Shown here in pieces: positions 23,901 to 34,741 of a stretch of 64,000 nucleotides of DNA; position 1 is the first letter of the stretch; each line of letters begins with the position of its first letter. The stretch covers positions 1-64,000 of IMG/VR virus record IMGVR_UViG_3300043446_005051; one strand, 5' to 3'. This DNA is from a virus. Made by a program: the position numbers and the translations under genes. The notes below the pieces were generated by a model that saw only the letters and a list, made by a program, of their open reading frames with translations, was not told the origin of the DNA and made no database searches.

Positions 23901-26900
23901 CCAGGCAATGCATCAATCAAATAATCTTCAACACCGCAAAGAATTTGAATTGCCTTGCGTTTGTGTTGATCAGTAATCTCAGTGTCTGGTCGTGCAACAA
24001 TCTGAGTGATGTGATTGAAGAGTTCATCCACTGTCATAGTCATTTCAATTCCCCCCATCCACTGAAGTATTCTGTAAAGAAAGCAAATCCTAAACTAAAG
24101 TTGCGTTGTTGAAAATCTACACTCATAAGAGAACCACCAAAGAAAGAAAACAAGATGTTGATACCACCACCAGAATGGGTGATATAGCCAGGAGTTTCAA
24201 AATTTACCAAGAGCAGTGATTTGGTTTTGATAATACCAAACTGCCAGGTGCGACTTACCTCACCATTGCCCCAAGTTTTTTTGTCAAATTGAAAAATCTT
24301 CATCGGTTGGTTGCTTACAACGTCATAATAGCAAAAAACACACCACTCGCAAGGAGCAGTGTGCCAGTTCGTCAAGTGGTCTTTTTGTTAATATCGTCCA
24401 CAAGCTCAGTCAGCTCATCAAACATTTCTTTCGTATAAGGAACTAACTCTACTTCACCTCTATCAACTTGGTCTTTTAATACATACAGGTAATCAAGAAA
24501 TTCTTTTTCAATTACATCTCCCTGCAATTCATCCCAAAAATATAAACTACATTGTTCAAGAGGGTCATCATTAGGAAGAAGTGCATAGTCCTTCTGATTA
24601 TCTTCAAACCACACAAGGTCCATCCAATTTATAAAAGCACGGCGCATTGATTGGAATCCTGTAGGAATGCAATGTCCGAAAATGTACTCCCATTGTGACA
24701 TCTTGGATTTTCCAAAAACTTTTCTACTAAAAGTCATTGATTCAGAGTCCTCCTACAGTATTCAAAACGTTTCCACTCATCATCTGAAAAATTATCACTA
24801 GCATATGGAATTCCCACTGTATATGCACAAAATTTATTAATTTCTTCAGTCTTATTTGAAGCTGATGCAATGAGAGTTGCAGCAATAAATTCAATCATTA
24901 GAAATCAAGAATAATTGAAATGAAACTGTTGATGAAATGAGAACATTGGAACGTTCTTCTTCTCAATCATTCTTTTCAGTTGACCTGGAATGAAGGAAGA
25001 ATAATGAGTCATAAACTTTTCTTCACTGACTCTCTGAAGAGATTCAAAGTAATATGGACCTGCAGTTTCTTTGATTGAATCTAGAATGTCCTGTTCATTG
25101 TAGTTACGTTCCACAAAGAGATAGATGCTTCTACCTTCTCCAGTTGCCATATAGTCAATGACATAGTATGCAAAGAAAGCATCCTTTTCTTTCTCAAGTT
25201 GAATTCGTTCTTTTTCTTCCTCTTCTTTTAGATATTGGTCATATTGTTCAATATCCTTCTGTGTCATTCCAGGAAAGAGAGTTGGATGTGGAGTATCAGT
25301 CATTTCAGTTCCTCACCATTCTGTGACAACATTTACAAAAAAACCAAGTTTGTCTTTGAGACATTTTACCATAAATTCCTGAAATTCGTAAGCAGTCGGA
25401 GAACATTCCTCAATCAACACAGTATAATCCTCTTCACCATCCAAGTGAAGATTATAAGAAACATCCACAATTCTCAAATCGGCATAATTTACATAAGAAT
25501 ATTGATTTGTATTAGTAGAACTTACTCCAACTTTTTTAAGGGAATTTTGAACAACAGAGTTCTTATGAGTTTCAAGGATTTCGTCTGCAACTTCTTTGAT
25601 TTTGGCAAGGATTTGTAATTCCATTTCAGTCATTTGAATTTTCAACCATTTTCAAAAATTCAACTCCCAAATCAATAAAAATTAAAATAAAAATAAAGAT
25701 TGCTGGAATAAGAACACCTAATCCCAAAAAGACACAAGAAAGATAAATCAAAAAACCACATCTAATGAAAATCCAAAAAAGATACAAAAGGTCTTTTTTA
25801 GTCATTTGGTGTCCCTGTAATTGTGATAAACCTCATCTAAATCTTCATTTCATTGACTGTCATAAATCTCTTTGAGTTTATGATAAAGTGGATTTATTAC
25901 AGTTCCAATTACATCTTTAGAGTCAAGAATAAGATAAAGATACCTCAGTTGCTCTTCAGTGAGTGTGACCTTATAGGTCTTTTCAACTTCAATCATTTCA
26001 GTTCATTTGTGGGTATGAGAGTATTGTACACCATCTGGAGAGGAATCCCCAGAGTACTGTGCCAGTTGTTCAGGTGGCCTCAATAAGCATCCATATAATT
26101 TAGACATTCCTCAATTTCGGCATTAACATATTCCATATCATAAGTATACTTTTGATGAAACCGTGCCCAAATCTCCCATTGATTGCTTCCAAGATTGTTG
26201 ATGGAGATGATGTCACAATCATCAATACTTTCAATTGCATTTGCGACTCTGAAAGTTTCGTATTGACCCTGTATAACTCTACTAAAGACCTCAGCCATCT
26301 TTACTCACCATCAGAGTTTGGATTTGTTCTTCTTGTTTCATTTAGAATAATCCTCCCACCTCGGAATGGAACCGCAGATTTTATCGACAGAAGTTGAGAA
26401 CCCTTTCTTTCCTTGTTCTGTCCTACAATTCATCGCACTCTCATAAGCAACCTGAAAGGTGTGATGTTTTTGGTAGACTGTGTAACTGTCATTGCCCGCC
26501 ACAATAATAGTTAGAAATGCAAAAAAGATAATAAGAATTAGAAAGTCATTTTTCATTTGTGGTTCTCCATCTGTTGAATAATCGCAGTCAGTCGTTCAAT
26601 CTCCCTGCAAGCATCGTAAATCAAACGATGGGGTTTGTCTTTCCACGTATACTGATAATCACCTCGCCCTGATGGAGCAAGACGCAAATGATAGGTCATC
26701 TGTGTAGGCATATCGGGAATTTCACAATCATTCTTCAATCTCTCAAGTTCTTCTTGAGGAATATGAGTGAAGTTCCATTCAGGTGTGGGAATAATAGTCA
26801 TTCCAGTTCTCCGAACGAATTAAACTCTTTTTGAAATGCAATCATATCAGGTTGCATAAATTCCCATTCACTGTTCAAAGAAAACCAGAATAGAGCAGTG

Positions 26901-27459
26901 AGTTCTTGTTGCCTGTATTCCTTTGGATTATCAATGTAGGATTGATAGTAAGTATAAAAGTCCTGAGAATAAACTCCGAAGATGGCACATAACCAGACTT
27001 CAAAATTATGTTTGAATTCAAAAAATGGATTTGACATCGGTATTGGGTTTACTGGAACATCATATCAGAAAAAGACACACCACTCAAGAAGCAGTGTGCC
27101 AGTGGTCAAAGTGTCACTTTACAATACTATCAGAGAGTGAAAGAACAGGAGCACCGTTTCCAATGCCAATAATTCGTGTTACCATATCAGAATAGGGGGA
27201 GTTGGAGCTTCACCACAGTATGCTCCAACCAGTGAAGCATCTTTAATTTTTTCTGCACACTTTTGGAAGGTGGCAAGATTTTCCTGGTACACTCCCATTT
27301 CGTTACTGTTGCTAATGTACCTAGTAATCATTGATCCCGTAACAACTCCTCCTAATAGTAAAAAGAAAAAAGTAAGTACTCCAACTCCAATAGTGAATAT
27401 AGAAAAAATGTCATTGGCATTTTTCTTTAGAAATTTTTTATATTCTTCAATCATATATT

Positions 27460-27789
27460 TCAAACCTTAAGTTGTTCTGGACTTTGTTGTGTGCAAACCT
27501 GATATTGATGCCCTTCGGGAAGCGTATAACGCAGGCATTCCCTCCAGCGAGGGTCTGGAGTCACCTCAGAATACTTTGTAGACCAATCATACCAGCGATT
27601 TGCGTGAGGTAGAAACACATTCACACGCACAAGCCTTTGATTAGAAAACCAGGCTTTACATTGAACTCCTTCAAATACACGTCCACGATTGTTGTAATAA
27701 ACATTACAAGTTGTGGGGCGATAGATTGGTTGTGCAACAGCAGGAAGAGTAGAAAGAAGAATTGATGCAGAAAGAAGAATGTTTTTCAT
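27460..27789 (-). CDS. Secreted hypothetical protein
   Basis: Signal-peptide-like N-terminus ending AVA-Q; four Cys. Confidence 0.6.
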   Translation of the reverse strand: MKNILLSASILLSTLPAVAQPIYRPTTCNVYYNNRGRVFEGVQCKAWFSNQRLVRVNVFLPHANRWYDWSTKYSEVTPDPRWRECLRYTLPEGHQYQVCTQQSPEQLKV

Positions 27790-28202
27790 TTTAAAATTAG
27801 CGAATTCGTGTACGTTCGTTTCTTTCGTATTTTATGAGTTTGTCTCTCAGCCTCTTAATTTCATATTCTAGACATTTAATATGATTCTCTAGAACAATGA
27901 AAGTGATTATCCAAGCAATGAAACTGATAGTGAGAAGGATTTCCATTTTACATTTTATTTAAATGACCAGTTTTTAGAAAGAACATCAATTTCTAAAGAT
28001 AGATTATAAATCCAAGTAATGAAATAAAACAAACTTGATTCTCCAATTGAAATTTGAAGGTAAGGAATTAATTCAGGAAATTCAGTGGTTCTAACTGTGA
28101 ATGTTAGTAACGTAAATTTAGAAAAGATAAAGAAACGATATCGAATATCATATCCAAAATCATATTCTTTATCGAAAGAAAAAAGTTTCATAAAAATAAA
28201 AA

Positions 28203-28607
28203 TCAGAGAGCTGCAATCTCTTCTTCAGAGAGAAAATGACCGAATGAACTTGGTACTTCCTCTAGACCATCTTTTGTTTGCTTATATTCATTTAGATCGA
28301 TGACATAATTTTGATTTAGCATCTCACGCATAATATCAAACTTATCTTCATTCATTGAAGAAGTCTTGATTTCTTTTACAGGCTTCACAGAAGCGTTGGA
28401 TTGTGAGGATGTAATCAGAGTCTCAGCATCTACTTTAAGCTCCTTCAGAGTCTTCTGAACAGCAATAGGATTGCCAAGCATTGAAGGGTTACTGCACTTG
28501 TAAAGAACCCACTTTGAACTTGATTTCTTTTGAATATAACCAACCATCTTTGGTCCTTCATTGATTTGGTATTCACCAGCTTGAATACGAGAAAATTTCA
28601 GAGTCAT
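28203..28607 (-). CDS. Hypothetical protein, paralog of 31591-32124
   Basis: LKFSRIQAGEY...VGYIQK versus IKFPRIQAGYY...VGYIMK. Confidence 0.7.
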   Translation of the reverse strand: MTLKFSRIQAGEYQINEGPKMVGYIQKKSSSKWVLYKCSNPSMLGNPIAVQKTLKELKVDAETLITSSQSNASVKPVKEIKTSSMNEDKFDIMREMLNQNYVIDLNEYKQTKDGLEEVPSSFGHFLSEEEIAAL

Positions 28608-28719
28608 AATGAAGAAGAAACGTCAGTTGTCTGTTGACTAGCATATCATAGCACACTCAAGCTCAGCTTAAAAGCTATCTATGCCAGTCCACAAATTGTC
28701 ACAAGAGCTATTGATTATA

Positions 28720-28846
28720 TTGACAAATATAAAATCACTGCTACAATCCTTCTGTTACTGAAGGATTTATTATATCTATAAGAATACTATAGAATATTTA
28801 ATCGAGAGATGACCGAAGGTCATTTACTCCGAAGGAGTAAATTCTC
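28720..28846 (+). repeat. Plus-strand promoter plus structured ~100-nt element, copy 1
   Basis: TTGACA-N16-TACAAT; hairpins CCTTC/GAAGG, TGAC-CGAAG-GTCA, TTTACTC-CGAAG-GAGTAAA; homologous to 50728-50858. Confidence 0.8.
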
Positions 28847-29341
28847 CTAAGCAAATAGATACTCTTTCCATTCGCTTACATTTGACCTATGAATCGTTAG
28901 AGAGATTTTATTGTATGGTTTGTAAGGTTGAAATAGTAATTTCATTCCAGCTTCACTAGGAGTTCTATTCCCTTTTTTGAGATTACACTTTAGACAAGCG
29001 GTTATCAAATTGGACCATTCATCTTGACCATTACGAGATTGAGGTATAATATGGTCAACTGTTAAATTTTCTTTTGAATTGCAATAAGCACAAGTATGAT
29101 TGTCTCTTGTAAAGATTGATCGACGAGTAACATTATTTGACATAATTCGATTATAAGGCAATCGAATATAATTTACCAATCGAACTACGTGTTCTGAAAG
29201 AATTTGAACTTTTTCTTTAATAATATAAACAATCGCTTTTCTTTTTGAAACAATATTAATCGGAGCATAGTCCGCATTTAATACAAGAATTTGATTTTTG
29301 AGTTTCATTTTTCTAATGGTTGAACTTAAAGTCCTGTTCAT
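28847..29341 (-). CDS. HNH endonuclease (McrA-like); start probably ~29308
   Basis: ILVLNADY.P, RDNHTCAYC, LTVDHIIPQSRNG...W.NL..AC..CN..KG.RTP. Confidence 0.92.
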   Translation of the reverse strand: MNRTLSSTIRKMKLKNQILVLNADYAPINIVSKRKAIVYIIKEKVQILSEHVVRLVNYIRLPYNRIMSNNVTRRSIFTRDNHTCAYCNSKENLTVDHIIPQSRNGQDEWSNLITACLKCNLKKGNRTPSEAGMKLLFQPYKPYNKISLTIHRSNVSEWKEYLFA

Positions 29342-29543
29342 AATAAGCAGAAATTACAATATCATCCCAGGCTGTAGGTATATAACGATGCATACGATTG
29401 ACTCCTGAAAGTTTATACTCGGAGTCTTCTAATTTAAGGTCATTGAGTAAACCTTTAAGTTTTCGAATTTCTTGAGATGTTTTTGGTTTACGGAAGTAGC
29501 AATAGCAACTTTTTTTGGGAAGACTACGATGAGTTCTAGCCAT
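29313..29543 (-). CDS. Hypothetical protein, paralog of 8161-8358
   Basis: Shared YFR...T..EI...NR.HRYIP..WDD.VIS. Confidence 0.7.
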   Translation of the reverse strand: MARTHRSLPKKSCYCYFRKPKTSQEIRKLKGLLNDLKLEDSEYKLSGVNRMHRYIPTAWDDIVISAYYEQDFKFNH

Positions 29544-29551
29544 AAAACTTT

Positions 29552-29713
29552 TTATTCGAAATTGTTAATAAACTTATGAAGTAAGTGAACTCCTTTATCT
29601 GGAGAGAACTTTCTATCAAAGAGTACCATTAATTTCTCAATGACATCTTTATATGCAGAAGGAACTCGGATGTGAACAGTATCTCCAGAGTTGGGAAATT
29701 TCTTAACAAACAT
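29552..29713 (-). CDS. Small putative ribbon-helix-helix-like protein (not in ORF track)
   Basis: MFVKKFPNSGDTVHIRVPSAYKDVIEKLM...; the T..IRVP motif resembles small cyanobacterial DNA-binding proteins. Confidence 0.45.
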   Translation of the reverse strand: MFVKKFPNSGDTVHIRVPSAYKDVIEKLMVLFDRKFSPDKGVHLLHKFINNFE

Positions 29714-29738
29714 AAGTATGATTTTAAACTGACCTTAT

Positions 29739-30932
29739 TTATGCAATAAGAGCATCTCCCTTGATAAAAAGTGTATCTACAATGTTTTGTAGCTGTTGTT
29801 CGATTTTATGACCTCTTTTGTCATTTGAAGGAAAAGCAATGATTCCAAAGGGCTTTTTATATTTTTCATATTCACCCCTTTGAATTAGACCCTTCTCAAG
29901 TCGTTCGTGGTCGTCTTTATGTAGACGTAGAATACGTCCCATTGTTTGAACATAATCTACTACTGATAGATTTCGAAGAATCAATGCGTGAGTCATACCA
30001 TTGATAGAGATGCCTTCTGAAATGATGGAATGGTGAAACAGAATCAGTTTTACATCATCATCATTTCCCATCTGCTCAAGAGTATCAAAGAATACTTGAC
30101 GTGATACTTTATTCTGATTGATTACGCAACCATATTTACTGGTAATGTGAAATACCTGAAAGCCTCGCTCATAGAGTTCATTGAGGAGTTCAGTCTCAGT
30201 AAACATATCCATCATTCTTTGAGTTGTGGGAACTGCAACAAGAATCTTTGGATTTACCTCAATATCATCAATGAAATTGAGAATGTTTTCATCTTCATTT
30301 TCTGAAGATTCATAGGAAACGACTTTAGGTGCAAGAATAAACCCTCCTTCTACAAGCTCCTTAGGTGAAAGAGAGATAATTGTTCCACCATACACATCAG
30401 AGTTTGCCATCGTCTTACGGTCACTTGTATGGCGAGGAGTCGCAGTATAGAAATAACAATTCTTCGCAATTCTAGAAGTTTCTGCTACTCCAACAAAATT
30501 AGCTTCAAATACTGAATGATGAGCTTCATCGAAGATTGCAATATCAATATTTACATTTGATTCATTAATTTTTGAAAGTGACTTGTATGTAGTAAAGATA
30601 ATTTGATGATGTTGAATACGAGTTGTAATATTCGAAATAGTACGAATCATTTCAACATTTGTAGTTCCATTTTCACCCGAATGCGCGTGAAAATAAAATA
30701 CTTTTGAAACATCTTTTAAATGCCTTTGAAATTCATTTGATAGCTGAGATGCAAGAAGAATCTTTGGAGCAACAACAACAATTTTCAGAGGATGAGTGGA
30801 ATTTAAGATTCTTTGTTTAACATCCTCCATAAAGATTACGGTCTTTCCGCCGCCAGTTGGGATCACTAATGTACCTTTGTTATGCTTTTTAAGTGTAATC
30901 AATGCTTTTTGTTGATACTCTCGAAGTTTCAT
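29739..30932 (-). CDS. SF2 (DEAH) helicase, type III restriction ResIII-like
   Basis: LREYQ, PTGGGKT, DEAHH, TATP, ISEGI, QTMGRILR. Confidence 0.93.
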   Translation of the reverse strand: MKLREYQQKALITLKKHNKGTLVIPTGGGKTVIFMEDVKQRILNSTHPLKIVVVAPKILLASQLSNEFQRHLKDVSKVFYFHAHSGENGTTNVEMIRTISNITTRIQHHQIIFTTYKSLSKINESNVNIDIAIFDEAHHSVFEANFVGVAETSRIAKNCYFYTATPRHTSDRKTMANSDVYGGTIISLSPKELVEGGFILAPKVVSYESSENEDENILNFIDDIEVNPKILVAVPTTQRMMDMFTETELLNELYERGFQVFHITSKYGCVINQNKVSRQVFFDTLEQMGNDDDVKLILFHHSIISEGISINGMTHALILRNLSVVDYVQTMGRILRLHKDDHERLEKGLIQRGEYEKYKKPFGIIAFPSNDKRGHKIEQQLQNIVDTLFIKGDALIA

Positions 30933-30955
30933 TCTTAATTTAGAAGATGATGTAA

Positions 30956-31381
30956 TTAAATTGATTCTTTTTTAATTCTATCCAATGTTGCTGTGGCACA
31001 TCGACTTACGTGTTTTGTTAAATCATTGGAAAGTTTCTCCAGCAAATCAATTGGTACTGTTTTGTTTGAAGCCAATCCTCCTCGAACATCTTCACTTAAG
31101 TCTACAGATAGGGACTCATAAATTTTCCTATTCAAATTAGGCTTTATTGCAATTCTATATTTTATCATCATATCGTCACTTTTAATTGCTTCTTCTAATT
31201 TGGAGGAAGGAAAGTTACGGTTTGAAATTAAATTAATGATAGTATAATATGAGTCCGTGTTTCGATGGCTTTGTTTGAAATGTTTATCAAACAGCTGTAC
31301 TAATTTAATAGTGTTAGAGAGAGTCTCTGCGAGTTTGATGTCTCGATTGGCTTCATATTCAACAAAATACGACATTTTCAA
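30956..31381 (-). CDS. LRV/HEAT-like repeat protein
   Basis: L..D..EDVR..LA.N...P...LEKL..D repeats. Confidence 0.6.
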   Translation of the reverse strand: MKMSYFVEYEANRDIKLAETLSNTIKLVQLFDKHFKQSHRNTDSYYTIINLISNRNFPSSKLEEAIKSDDMMIKYRIAIKPNLNRKIYESLSVDLSEDVRGGLASNKTVPIDLLEKLSNDLTKHVSRCATATLDRIKKESI

Positions 31382-31590
31382 ATAAACTCCATTAGAAAGT
31401 AGTCTTCGGTGATTCCAAGTTCATCTGACCGCTCTTTAATCCATTTTACAAAAAGAATAGCTTCTTCCTCTTCCTTTTGTAGCTCAGATTGAATTTCTTG
31501 AATTGATTTTTGATTCATTGGTAATCAGATGATAAGTTGATGCAATATATGAAAAAGAGAGTGACAATTAAGTCACTCTCTTTTTTTAAA

Positions 31591-32124
31591 TCAAACAAGA
31601 GAAAGCTCGGGTTCGTCGGAAGTTACATACTCAAACTCATCCTCCAGATCGAGTTCATCATTCAGGTCAAATTCATTTGAATCGTCCAGAACAAAATCAG
31701 AATCGTCTTGAAGAAGGTCGTCTTCATCTAGTTCAGGCATCAGTACAGTTACAGGAACTTCTACTTCGGTCTCAGGTGCAGAGACTTCTTCCTCTTCTTC
31801 AGCCTCATTCCACTCCACTTCCTTCAGGGGAGAGATTGGAGAGATTGCCTGAGGTTGCTCATTCAGGAAGAACCCCTTAGCAGTTTCCTTTGCTTCTCGC
31901 AGCAGGGAATCGGGGCTGTCAATTGCATCCGCAGTATTGACCATAAAGGGTTCCTTTTCAGGTACAGAATCATTGATGACCCACCAGTTAGTTTCCTTCG
32001 AGTCATCATTTACTTCCTTCATAATGTACCCAACGAATTCTCCATCACGAGTAATTCCATAGTACCCGGCTTGAATACGGGGAAACTTGATAACAGGTGC
32101 TTTTGCCATAATAAAAACCTCCAA
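31591..32124 (-). CDS. Hypothetical protein with very acidic C-terminal tail
   Basis: D/E-rich tail; N-domain paralogous to 28203-28607; GGAGG Shine-Dalgarno before MAKAP (32109). Confidence 0.75.
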   Translation of the reverse strand: MEVFIMAKAPVIKFPRIQAGYYGITRDGEFVGYIMKEVNDDSKETNWWVINDSVPEKEPFMVNTADAIDSPDSLLREAKETAKGFFLNEQPQAISPISPLKEVEWNEAEEEEEVSAPETEVEVPVTVLMPELDEDDLLQDDSDFVLDDSNEFDLNDELDLEDEFEYVTSDEPELSLV

Positions 32125-32306
32125 AGAAAAGAATACGACGGTTGAGTGTTGAAAGGTCTCCCTCTCACCTCAGTCATTGTAGCGCAGACTCAGAAAAGCA
32201 ATCAGGATGGTGGACAGTTGAAAAAGCGTCCTCTCTGTAATGCTATTTGCATTAAAAAACTCCTATTCAAATTTGAATAGGAGTTTTAAGTGTTATTCAG
32301 TTTTAG

Positions 32307-32377
32307 TAGGGACACTGGGGATTGAACCCAGACTAACCCGTTATAAGCAGGCCGCTCTACCATTAAGCTATGCCCCC
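32307..32377 (-). tRNA. trnI: tRNA-Ile(UAU)
   Basis: Cloverleaf, acceptor GGGGGCA/TGTCCCT, anticodon loop CT-TAT-AA, no encoded CCA. Confidence 0.9.
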
Positions 32378-32401
32378 ACATAATTTGCTCTAAAAGAGCA
32401 A

Positions 32402-32473
32402 AGCGATAGACGTGATTTGAACACGCAACCGTCTGGATGGAAGCCAGAAGCTCTACCGTTGAGCTACTATCGC
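32402..32473 (-). tRNA. trnG: tRNA-Gly(UCC)
   Basis: Acceptor GCGATAG/CTATCGC, loop CT-TCC-AT, U discriminator. Confidence 0.92.
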
Positions 32474-33008
32474 ATAATTAAAGGAATACTAATGTATTCC
32501 TTTGTATATATCTAAACTAGAGAAGGTATTTCATACTCCACTAGTCTAGAATCGTCCTCGTCATCAAAGTAACCAAGTTCAAGATTCACAAGGTCTTCAT
32601 AATCAACACCTAGAAAGCGAGTCGCGAAATCTTCATAGTCATCGTGAAGAAGATAAGAAAATTCAGACATTTGATCAAGTCCTCCTGTTGTTTCTTGAAC
32701 GTATGTATGTTACCAGCTGTGAAACTTATTGTCAACTATGGAGTGCCAGTACAAAAAGTGACACTTGAAATAATTAAACATCAAACACTTTCTCTGAAAG
32801 AATCAAATCATCAATGAGTTGAATTTCCCAGTTTTCCATATGTTCCATTGTTTGGATGAATTGATAGGTCTGAGTCCAGGCTTGACCTGCATCGAGCAGA
32901 CATTCAAGGTTTTCCATAGATGAATAATCAAAATGAAAAGACATAATAAATTAAAACTATGTAAGTTATTTATATAAAAGCGGAGTAATTACTCCGCTTT
33001 GAACTTAA

Positions 33009-33239
33009 TCAGTCTTCACACTCGTTTAGAAGTGCATCTTCTTTCTTCTTACGCCGCTTTTCTTCAATTAGAAATTTAAGCTCAAGAATATCCTCATTCA
33101 GAATCTCATACTCATCTAACATATTTTCATACTGAAATGAACTAGTACACTTCTTCATTTTCTTTTGAAGTTTATCGAGTTGCTTCTTTTTTACTTTAAG
33201 TTCAGATTCGAGTTCTTTAATGTCTTTAATAATTTCCAT
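33009..33239 (-). CDS. Small coiled-coil hypothetical protein
   Basis: K/E-rich heptads; terminator hairpin at 32977-33000. Confidence 0.6.
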   Translation of the reverse strand: MEIIKDIKELESELKVKKKQLDKLQKKMKKCTSSFQYENMLDEYEILNEDILELKFLIEEKRRKKKEDALLNECED

Positions 33240-33498
33240 AATTTTGTTGAAATTTGACTTATTTATTCAATATCACCGACGAAAGGAATGAATGAAATAG
33301 GAACGGAATACCGTAAAAAGAATAATTCCGCTACTTGCAATTCCAATCATACCCAGAAGAGTAATAAGATTGCCGTATTCAAAAGAAAGAGTTTGAACTT
33401 CCATTTAATTTGGTTGGTTGAACTTAACTAGTTTACAGTAAGATGAGAGTAAAAGGCAAGTAACTGTGACAGCTTGGGAACTGTCACAGTTCACATTA

Positions 33499-33846
33499 TC
33501 AGTTTGAATTCAATGTACGAGTGATTCCAAGCTCCTCTAGACGGGCATCCACTCGATTATTGATGAATGCCTCAATATCATTATCAATAGTCTCCATAAT
33601 GGAAAAAGCAACATCTCGAACTAGATTTGAGCCATATTCCTGGCGAATGAATTGAATAAATCGAGTCTTAAACGCATAATCATTATACGCTAGGTCTTTT
33701 ACAATGTTGAATAATTGGTCAGAATTAATCGATTTCAGTAGCTCGTCTTTACGGGTTTCTACTTCTTCATATAGGTAATTTAGCCCTGTAATTAGATTAT
33801 CAATCTGAAGTAGATTGTCGTTGATAACGTGAGTATCTTGAGACAT
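33499..33846 (-). CDS. Helical hypothetical protein directly downstream of the E1 gene
   Basis: ORF with its own palindrome promoter (33908-33931). Confidence 0.7.
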   Translation of the reverse strand: MSQDTHVINDNLLQIDNLITGLNYLYEEVETRKDELLKSINSDQLFNIVKDLAYNDYAFKTRFIQFIRQEYGSNLVRDVAFSIMETIDNDIEAFINNRVDARLEELGITRTLNSN

Positions 33847-33940
33847 AAATGATGTTTGATTGAGACTTGTACAGTGTAGCAGAGAAGCTGGAAGGGAGAA
33901 TGATTATAGGGACAGTCAAAAAACTGTCCCTGAGTCATAA

Positions 33941-34648
33941 TTAAGAGACGCTAGTCTTCATATTACGAAGGTTGAAGAACATTGAACACTGAGATGGGTC
34001 CAGTGTTCCATCGAGAAGGTTTTGAATGACCATCAGAGTCATACTTGCTGCAAAGAAGTTTGCTGAAATAAGTTGAGGACGACTCGGTGCATTTAATGCA
34101 CAACTTCCCGAATGTGGAATACTATCTTGAGGCTGGTCAATATTTGGATATGCAATAGTTGGATTCATACCAACATTCACATTATCAATTCGGCCCCACC
34201 AGAGAGTTTGACCTCGAACTTCTTCAAGGCCATCGCTATTACCTGGAGTAATATAAAAGAAGTCCTTTCCTTGACGAGTATTATTGATTGCATCAATAAT
34301 CGCTTTACGTGTTGCGTCATTATCTACCGAACAGATAATGACAGGACGCTCTGAATTACGAATCATCGGAATGAAAGTAGATGCAGTGATGAACTGGTCT
34401 TTGCATTCAACATCAGTTAGTCCCTGATAAGAGCAGAAGTCCTTCATTGCTCGTGCTTTATTCATATTGATTTGAGATTCACCCACAATTTGTCGAGTGA
34501 GATTTGAACTCTCGAACGAATCACCATCAATAAAAGTTACCTTTGCTCCTTGAGTGTTCGGATGATATGCAACGAGTCGAGCAAGTGGAGCAGCGAGATG
34601 CCCACCAGTTCCACCCACGCCAATCACAAAGAAATCAGAGAAAAACAT
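33941..34648 (-). CDS. E1/ThiF-family ubiquitin-like activating enzyme (PRTRC ThiF-like)
   Basis: GVGGTGG, IDGDSFESSNLTRQ, NKA, SVDNDATR, candidate catalytic Cys in GSCA...PQLISAN; AGGAGG precedes ATG at 34648. Confidence 0.9.
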   Translation of the reverse strand: MFFSDFFVIGVGGTGGHLAAPLARLVAYHPNTQGAKVTFIDGDSFESSNLTRQIVGESQINMNKARAMKDFCSYQGLTDVECKDQFITASTFIPMIRNSERPVIICSVDNDATRKAIIDAINNTRQGKDFFYITPGNSDGLEEVRGQTLWWGRIDNVNVGMNPTIAYPNIDQPQDSIPHSGSCALNAPSRPQLISANFFAASMTLMVIQNLLDGTLDPSQCSMFFNLRNMKTSVS

Positions 34649-34741
34649 AAACCTCCTGTTGGAACGAATCAATGGTAGCAGACGAAGACCGTCAAAAACA
34701 AAAAGGTGGACAGCTCAAAAACCGTCCACCTACATACAGAA

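Larger units (their letters stand above)
14020..28607 (-). other. Dense hyperplastic array of about 50 small hypothetical genes, many translationally coupled, including several paralogous families
   Basis: Contiguous minus-strand ORFs of 60-210 aa with ATGA-type overlaps, broken by promoter-palindrome elements. Confidence 0.7.
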
